In this document: positions 41,562 through 64,000 of the stretch, piece after piece
Layout: every line of letters starts with the position of its first letter
Position numbering within the stretch: the stretch's first letter is position 1
NCBI GenBank assembly: GCA_002269645.1
Contig: NIVC01000255.1
Coordinates: forward strand, 620,001-684,000
From: Macrostomum lignano
Lineage: Eukaryota
Direction of reading: 5' to 3'
Length of the DNA stretch: 64,000 nucleotides
Translations under genes and position numbers: made by a program
The notes under the pieces: generated by a model
What the model saw: the letters and a program-made list of their open reading frames with translations, nothing else
Database searches by the model: none
Told to the model about the DNA's origin: nothing

Positions 41562-43316
41562 ATGCCAGACTTTGCAGCGGCAGAAGAGTCGCCTGCGGCA
41601 GGCGATTCGAACACATTCCGAGGCATCGAAGACATGACGGAGGAGCAGGTGAACGATATGAAGGAGGTGTTCGGTCTGTTTGACAAAGACAACTCTGGCT
41701 CCATCACTACTCAAGAGTTGGGAACTGTGATGCGAGCTCTGGGCCAGAATCCCACGGAGGCCGAGCTGCAGGACATGATTGGGGAGATCGACATCGATGG
41801 GAATGGGATTATTGATTTTGAGGAGTTCTGCATCCTCATGGGAAAGAGGATCAAGGATACGGACACGGAGGCGGAGCTCAAAGAGGCGTTCAGGGTGAGA
41901 AAAATTGCAATTCTGTGTTTGAGTACTGGCTAGGTATTTTGAGACTTGAATTGGAGCTTATGACTGGCGCTTAGTGACACTCAAATCGGCGCTTACTGAC
42001 ACTCAAATCAGGGTTTACTGACACTCAAATCAGGGCTTACTGACACTCAAATCAGGGCTTACTGACACTCCAATCAGTAGTGCTCACTGACACTCAAATC
42101 AGTAGTGCTCACTGTCACTCAAATCAGTAGTGCTCACTGTCACTCAAATCAGTAGTGCTCACTGTCACTCAAATCAGTAGTGCTCACTGTCACTCAAATC
42201 AGTAGTGCTCACTGTCACTCAAATCAGTAGTGCTCACTGTCACTCAAATCAGTAGTGCTCACTGTCACTCAAATCAGCGCTCACTGTCACTCAAATCAGT
42301 AGTGCTCACTGTCACTAAAATCAGTAGTGCTCACTGACACTCAACTCAGGGCTTACTGACACTCAACTCAGGGCTTACTGACACTCAACTCAGGGCTCAC
42401 TGACACTCAAATGGCAGTCAGGAAGACAATGAAAATTATTTTACAAGTTATTGATACAAAGTTTTTTATCTTCCATTGCTCATTTTCTTGAGTAAACAGC
42501 GAGAGTAACAATACTCTAGCAGTAATGCAGAGATGCTTGGGTATCTAATTAGAATTAAGTTTCAACGTGACATGAGTACGAAGTGCCAGTAAGCATTATT
42601 TGCGTAAATCATGCATCCTATGGTGCGAAGCAGATCAGCGTAAACGCGTCCGACTCAAGGCCGTTGTACACCCTGTGTGAGCGGGTGCACGAGTGTTGTG
42701 CCTGCGTACAGTATTGGCGCCCTTGAATGTGATCAGAAGTCAGCAGAATGGGCCGAATTGCAGTCAGCGCTGGTTGTAGAACGATGGCGCCATAGGCGCC
42801 TGCAGCCCTCGTGCAGCCCTCGTTAAAAAATTACATTCTGATTATTATAGAAAACTATAAAAATGGTAAACATTACTATATTGCTGGCGCCCCTGGTGCT
42901 GGCGCCCCTGGTGCTGGCGCCCCTGGTGCTGGCGCCCCTGGTGCTGGCGCCCCTGGTGCTGGCGCCCCTGGTGCTGGCGCCCCTGGTGCTGGCGCCCCTG
43001 GTGCTGGCGCCCCTGGTGCTGGCGCCCCTGGTGCTGGCGCCCCTGGTGCTGGCGCCCCTGGTGCTAAAGCTAAAGCGATATTGAATCAGTACACGGCGAT
43101 CTCGCACCTCAACCTGTATCCATATAATCAAATTGCCAGGTGTTCGACAAAGACGGCAACGGCTTCATCTCCCCTGCCGAGCTCAAGGCGGTGATGTGCA
43201 ACCTGGGCGAGAAACTCACCGATGAAGAGGTGGAAGAGATGATTAAAGAGGCCGACATGAACGGTGACGGAGAGATTGACTTCCAGGAGTTCATGGCCAT
43301 GATGGCCAAGCAATGA
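41562..43316 (+). CDS. Calmodulin-like EF-hand protein (169 aa); exons 41562-41894 and 43140-43316
   Basis: Four canonical EF loops [48 protein letters not shown]; [14 protein letters not shown]; [10 protein letters not shown]. Phase-0 intron joins EAFR|VFDKD. About 20-aa N-terminal extension. Confidence 0.93.
41975..42412. repeat. 22-25-bp intronic minisatellite (CACTCAAATCAGTAGTGCTCACTGT)
   Basis: Directly visible tandem units. Confidence 0.92.
42883..43066. repeat. 15-bp GC-rich array GCTGGCGCCCCTGGT (about 12 copies) in the calmodulin-like intron
   Basis: Directly visible. Confidence 0.95.
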
Positions 43317-43727
43317 GGGGCGCCTGGCCTGCGCCTTCTCCAAGAGGCTTGCATTTTATTGCTGCTGGGAATGACACTGCGAACTGAAATACAAGTTCAT
43401 AAAGTACTTTATATTCGCGATCTCTGCGTGTTTTAGTAATGCGATCTAATAATTTTTATTTACTGCAAATTCCAATTGTATCGTAAATTCGAAATGCAAA
43501 TTCAGTGTAAATTATGATTTCGCTTTTATATATTAGCATTGGGTAACTCGGGTTCACGTATTTTTAAGCTTTAATAAATTTCATGAGAATTTTTTTACAG
43601 GAGTCGCTCCAGAATGTCTCAGGAATGTCTTATCCGCCTTACAAGGGAATCTTTTGGGGGTATAAAAGAGATTTTTTCAACTGTGACGTTGACTTTTGTC
43701 TGTTGCTTGGAGGGGATTTCTTTCAGC

Positions 43728-44830
43728 CGCTCAGGAGAATTCTCCCAATTGCTCAGGAGAATTCTCTCAGTTGCTCAGGTGAATTCTCTCAGTTGCTTAG
43801 GAGAATTCTCTCAGTTGCTCAGGAGAATTCTCTCAGTTGCTCTGGAGAATTCTCTCAGTTGCTCAGGTGAATTCTCTCAGTTGCTCAGGTGAATTCTCTC
43901 AGTTGCTCAGGTGAATTCTCTCAGTTGCTCTGGAGAATTCTCTCAGTTGCTCTGGGGAATTCTCTCAGTTGCTTAGAGGAATTGTCTCAGTTGCTCAGGG
44001 GAATTCTCTCAGTTGCTCAGGAGAATTCTCTCAGTTGCTCTGGGGAATTCTCTCAGTTGCTTAGAGGAATTGTCTCAGTTGCTCAGGGGAATTCTCTCAG
44101 TTGCTCAGGGGAATTCTCTCAGTTGCTCAGGTGAATTCTCTCAGTTGCTTAGAGGAATTGTCTCAGTTGCTCAGGTGAATTCTCTCAGTTGCTCTGGAGA
44201 ATTCTCTCAGTTGCTCTGGGGAATTCTCTCAGTTGCTTAGAGGAATTGTCTCAGTTGCTCAGGGGAATTCTCTCAGTTGCTCAGGAGAATTCTCTCAGTT
44301 GCTCAGGAGAATTCTCTCAGTTGCTCAGGGGAATTCTCTCAGTTGCTTAGAGGAATTGTCTCAGTTGCTCAGGGGAATTCTCTCAGTTGCTCTGGGGAAT
44401 TCTCTCAGTTGCTCAGGAGAATTCTCTCAGTTGCTCTGGGGAATTCTCTCAGTTGCTTAGAGGAATTGTCTCAGTTGCTCAGGGGAATTCTCTCAGTTGC
44501 TCAGGAGAATTCTCTCAGTTGCTCAGGAGAATTCTCTCAGTTGCTCTGGGGAATTCTCTCAGTTGCTTAGGGGAATTGTCTCAGTTGCTCAGGGGAATTC
44601 TCTCAGTTGCTCAGGAGAATTCTCTCAGTTGCTCAGGAGAATTCTCTCAGTTGCTCTGGGGAATTCTCTCAGTTGCTTAGAGGAATTGTCTCAGTTGCTC
44701 AGGGGAATTCTCTCAGTTGCTCAGGAGAATTCTCTCAGTTGCTCAGGAGAATTCTCTCAGTTGCTCAGGGGAATTCTCTCAGTTGCTCAGGGGAATTCTC
44801 TCAGTTGGTGGAAGGGGAATTCTCACAGTT
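43728..44830. repeat. 22-bp satellite GAATTCTCTCAGTTGCTCAGGN (about 50 copies)
   Basis: Directly visible, with recurring variant units. Confidence 0.95.
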
Positions 44831-45385
44831 GGTGGAAGGGGAATTCAAGGAAGTCTCACTGGGGTACCCAGACGAAAGTTTGTAAAGTAAATAATAAAAG
44901 CACAAAAAACATTAGTTCAGGAAATCATATATGCAAGTAAAATTGAAAATCTGGATGGATAAAATATTTTTTTTGACAGTTTCATGGTCCATCGCAATCG
45001 AATTGAAACAAATAATAAAATCCAGAGTAAGCAGAGTTTATAGTAAAAAAAAAACAAATTTCAATTTTACTTAAAAGATTTTTTGTGTAAATATTACATA
45101 CAGATAACCAAAGCTATCACAAGTGTATCTACATCAGCCATGAGGCCATGAGAGCGTGTACCTGCCTGACCGCTTGTATGCATGTGCTCAGTAGCTCAGC
45201 GCGGAATGGGCAGGATAGTGTGCCCCAGGGTGTCCCACAGCATGATATAAGCACAGCTTTATTCTACTTTCTAAACTTACTCAATAAAATAAAATATAAA
45301 ACAATAAAGTTTTGAATGAGTTTCGGTTCGGTACAAAATCGGTATCTCTTTGGTAAGATTAACAAGACTGAACGTCAGCCTTCAG

Positions 45386-59557
<14,172 letters not shown>

Positions 59558-61060
59558 CTCAAATTTTAAGAAATTTTATTTCCGGAGAGCAGCTGCAGAA
59601 GAAGTTCGAAGTCCTTTATCCGTATTTTGAGTCTATGCTCACTTTTATAAATAATAGCTGTTGAGTTGAGACAGCGAGTTATAAATATACTATAGACATC
59701 CGGGACTTTACGAGAGACAGAATTATGCTTAAGGAGTATAAACAACGATAGTTCTAGAGAACAACTGTAGATGATAAATTACCCTGGCAGGATCCGCGAT
59801 TATAATTGTAGCCCGTAATTGCTATACAATTTTTTTACTGTAGGCTCCTACAGACAGTGTGTAGTGCGCATTAAGCGAGTTGCGAGTCCTGTAGCACCTA
59901 CCACTCTCCTAAATGCAACTACAAAAGAGAAAAAAGTATAGAAGTTTAGAGAGAAGATTTTCTTTTACTGGTAGCAAAGCTACTGATGTCATTTATTTGT
60001 AATATTATTTCAAATTCTGACGTATTTGTTATAAATACTAGTAGTCCGCCAGACAGGTCTCCGGGAGGTTAAAATGTACCTTAAGAAATTTTTAATTCAG
60101 AGCTAAATAAAATAGGGTTGTGTAGAAAAAATTGAAAAAATAGTAAATCTCTAAATTAAGCAACAAGCGCCTTGGGCAAACCTTAGTAGTCTTGAATAAC
60201 GGCAACGAAAAACATGATTTTCAATGTTAACAATTATAGCTCTTCTGTTTAAAAAATGAATAAGTAAATAATGTAGGCATTTAATTAAAAATCTCCAAAA
60301 GAGTTAAAATGAAATAAAATGAAAGAGCTGATTGACTCAATGTAATAATTAAACAATATTCTCTTTCTAAGGCCTTAAAAGGGCCGTTTTACATCTACCG
60401 TGACGACAACTATAAAACTATATCAATCACATCAAATCTATTCTAATGATTAGCTGTAGGCCAGGAATTATTGACATTTAAGTATGATAAATTCGAAAAC
60501 AATAGGAGCATAACAAAAGTTAGAAAACGAAAGATATTATTAAAATAAATATTTAAAAAGGAGCTTGGCATTTTGATATTAAGGTTTGTGGGCCCTTCAA
60601 AGGCCCGTTTTTAGTTGTAAAAATGAAACTATCCCTCTTTGTTCCCTATATTATTTTTAATGCTACACTTGTTCTTTTATCAACTTCTCATATTTAATTA
60701 GTTCTGTTTTGTTATAACTACAGATTTTTATTCCAATTTATGTACGATAGAATTATTTGTTTATTATGACACGAGCGACACCCAAAATATGAGGAAGATT
60801 GGATAGATAAGAAAATGGGATACTGGCAAGCAGATAAAGGAATAAAAACAAAGATAATTGGCAGTTGTTCTGAAACTTGTCCTCTGAAATAGCTATATGC
60901 GCCCTGACCCCGAAAAGGGCCGTTTTTGTTTTAGATAATTCCTTGCCAACTATCACTAATTTTTTCAGTGAATTGGTTTTCCTGCCTCTCACCAAAATAT
61001 TTTTTTCAGATCTCAATCTAGATACCATGGATTGAGAATCAATATCACTTTATCACTTTG

Positions 61061-64000
61061 TCAGAATTTGACAGCCACCAGTACAATAGCAACGAACTCG
61101 GCTACATTGACAACGGCTGTCACCGCGACACCGGCGATCAGTTCGGGCGTCCACTGGCTCTCCTGCTGCTCCGGCGCATCCGTCTTGTCCGACTCGTCGG
61201 TCCTGATTGGCGGCGGCTCAGTCTGGACGACTTCTTCGCCTCCAGCTTGAATAGCCGGATAAGTCAGGGCGCCGCCCATTGGAAATGACGGCTCCCCAGA
61301 CACGCCGGTGGTGGACACGGCGACTGCCGACAGGAAGAAGGTGACGTTGATGCGAATAGCGGTCAGGTTCTCCGGTCGAAGGTCGAACTGCAGTGGCCAA
61401 CCGGCCGGCTGGCCGGTAATCCGGCCGACCAGGGCGCAGGAGGAGAAGTTTGCTGTCAGCTGGTCGAATGAGTTCGACGCTCGGATCTCGTAGGCTGCCG
61501 CTGCGGGGTGCCGGGTGCATTTTGTCTCTTTTAGCTTCACTCTACACTTGATTTCTCTTGTTCATGTAAATTCCCCGTGTCTAATGTCACCTGTGTAATT
61601 CCCCGTGTCTAATGTCACCTGTAATTCCCGTGTCTAATATGATCTGTAATTCCCGTATCTAATGTCATCCCTACTCCCCCCGTGTCTAATGTCGCCCCTA
61701 ATTCCCCCCGTGTCTAATGTTGCCCCTAATTCCCCCTTGTGTCTAATGTTGCCCCTAATTCCCCCCGTGTCTAATGTTGCCCCTAATTCCCCCTTGTGTC
61801 TAATGTCATCCCTAATTCCCCCCCGTGTCTAATTTCGCCCCTAATTCCCCCAGTTTCTAAAGTCAGCTGTAATTCCCCAGTGTCAAAATTTGCCTCTAAT
61901 TCCGCAGTGTCTAAAGTCGCTTGTAATTCTTCCCTGCAATGTAATACCCCGCCGTAATTCACCACAAGTACATCCTGAAAGCCTGCATATTTAAACTCAG
62001 TTACGAGTACAATTTCACTCACGAACTCCTTGGTAGGCCTGGTTGCCAGGCGAGGTGAAGCGAACTTGAACGTACTGATGCTTCACCGAGCTTTCCACGG
62101 CCAGATCCGTGATGCGGCCCGGTGGCAGAGTCACTGGCGCTGAGGCCACATTTTCCACGCGAAACTTGCCAGCCGTAGACGTGCGACTTACGGGTGACGT
62201 CATCGTGACGGTCACTCCGTAGTCACCCTGCGAGGTCATTTTCTCGGGCAGAACGAGAGCCACGTAAATGCCATCGTTGGCCGTTAGGTCGGCACCTTTT
62301 TAAGGATTGCGCCAGTTTCAAACACTCATAGGGGAAGAAAACTCAAGCCCCTTCATCACCCTTCCTGGAACAGAAAAACTTCACTCACCGAGCCCGTCAT
62401 CTTTGAGCTGGACAGTGAAAGGAGACCCACTTGACGGCGCCACCATGGCCTCCAGAATGGCGCCCGTCAAAGGCGCGCTGTTGTTGGTCACGTAGGCGTA
62501 GATCTTCTGCACGCTGAACTGGTTCACCTGCGGAAAACTGGAGACTCGCAGCCAGGTGTCCAGCAGCACGGTGGAATTGGCGCTACCGGTTCCACCAATC
62601 ACGATAAGGCTGCCAGATGATGTACTTCGAGCGCGACGAATCAGGAGCTGATAGGAGTGGTTTTGAAGACTGTTAGACATGTGACTGTTAGAGACGGGGA
62701 CTGTTAGAGATGGGACTGTTAGAGATGGGACTGTTAGACAAGGGACTGTTAGACAAGGGACTGTTAGACACAGGACGTTAGACACGGGACTGTTAGACAT
62801 GGGACTGTTAGACACGGGCACTGCTAGACACAGGACTGTTAGAGATGGGACTGTTAGACACGGGACTGTTAGAGATGGGACTGTTAGATACGGGACTGTT
62901 AGACACTGGACTGTTAGACACGGGGCTGTTAGACACGGGACTGTTAGAGATGGGACTGTTAGATACGGGACTGTTAGACACGGGACTGTTAGACACGGGA
63001 CTGCTAGACACGGGACTGTTAGACACGGGACTGTTAGACACGGAGACTGGTAGACACGGTGACTGTTAGACACGGGACTGTTAGACACGGAGACTGTTAG
63101 ACACGGGACTGTTAAACACGGGACTGTTAGACACGGGGACTGTTAGACACGGGGACTGTTAGACACGGGGACTGTTAGACACGGAGACTGGTAGACACGG
63201 TGACTGTTAGACACGGGACTGTTAAACACGGGACTGTTAGACACGGGGACTGTTAGACACGGGACTGTTAGACACGGAGACTGGTAGACACGGGACTGTT
63301 AGACACGGGACTGTTAGACACGGAGACTGTTATACATGGGACTGTTAAACACGGGACTGTTAGACACGGGGACTGTTAGACACGGGGACTGTTAGACACG
63401 GAGACTGGTAGACACGGGACTGTTAGACACGGGACTGTTAGACACGGAGACTGTTAGACACGGGACTGTTAAACACGGGACTGTTAGACACGAGGACTGT
63501 TAGACACGGGACTGTTAGACACGGAGACTGCTAGACACGGGACTGTTAGACACGGGGACTGTTAGACACGGAGACTGTTAGACACGGGACTGTTAGACAC
63601 GGAGACTGTTAGACATGGGACTGTGTTAGACACCGGACACAGGCAGTTCTCACCAGTTCCTCGGCACTCCGTTTTCTTCTTCCACTAGTGCTGGCTCCTG
63701 TCAGCCACCAGTTCCAGGTCCCCGGCTGCTCATGTATTAAAATATAAAATCTTGAGAATTCTCATCTGAGCTTACGAAAAATTATGGTAATGAGAATTTA
63801 TAAGCTTCACTTACCACAACTTCATGCGGAGGGATCTTGATCACTATGGTGTTGACGGCTGTATCGATTTGGTACACACCGGGGTCGGGACTGAACCTGC
63901 CATAGACAGTCCCTGTAGGACTGGTAGCCGTGAAGTTCACCGTGGACAAAGTCGTACCTGGCAGGGAAATCATGAAGTACAGAATGTCCGTGTCCCCCAC
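61061..64000 (-). CDS. CLCA-like protein B, 3' part (5' end beyond the window); exons >64000-63815, 63725-63654, 62647-62389, 62295-62023, 61500-61061
   Basis: Exon structure and phases parallel gene A (273-nt exon in both). KDDGLGADLTANDGIY, PPGRITDL, C-terminal hydrophobic segment. Confidence 0.87.
61565..61935. repeat. About 28-30-bp minisatellite CCCCGTGTCTAATGTTGCCCCTAATT (CLCA-B last intron)
   Basis: Directly visible. Confidence 0.9.
62668..63632. repeat. 15-16-bp minisatellite GGGACTGTTAGACAC (CLCA-B intron)
   Basis: Directly visible. Confidence 0.95.

Noticed and set aside
43728-44830. CRISPR-like appearance of regular 22-bp units (also 16955-17125 and 51150-51690)
   Set aside because: Head-to-tail tandem units with no unique spacers, no cas genes, and a eukaryotic context.

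Overview
This is eukaryotic (metazoan) genomic DNA: it has GT-AG introns and animal gene families, and no prokaryotic operons, rRNA, tRNA genes or CRISPR. GC-rich exons separated by minisatellite-filled introns resemble the flatworm Macrostomum (inference only). Left half (1-34.5 kb) is a pile of nested mobile elements. (i) A Penelope-like element (inverted N-terminal fragment, GIY-YIG end, 3' hammerhead ribozyme) is split by a full-length LOA/Lian-type LINE (13-bp TSD) and a PIF/Harbinger transposon (19-bp TIRs, CTG TSD). (ii) A decayed cluster holds a deoxynucleoside kinase fragment, a tyrosine-recombinase-like gene and a PWWP domain. (iii) A gypsy gag relic and an intron-rich hAT-type transposase pseudogene follow. 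(iv) An 8.7-kb Ty3/gypsy element carries a cold-shock domain between its Gag zinc knuckle and protease, which is the most unusual feature of the window. Right half (35-64 kb) holds host genes: an NHL-repeat beta-propeller gene, a calmodulin-like gene, and two tandem CLCA-like genes on the minus strand. The complete CLCA-like gene (10 exons, about 945 aa) has lost the HExxH zinc site. Both paralogs carry an RRKR furin-type site in a small exon. An intronless double C-type-lectin/mucin gene sits inside intron 8 on the same strand. All family assignments come from manual motif recognition; no database search was run.
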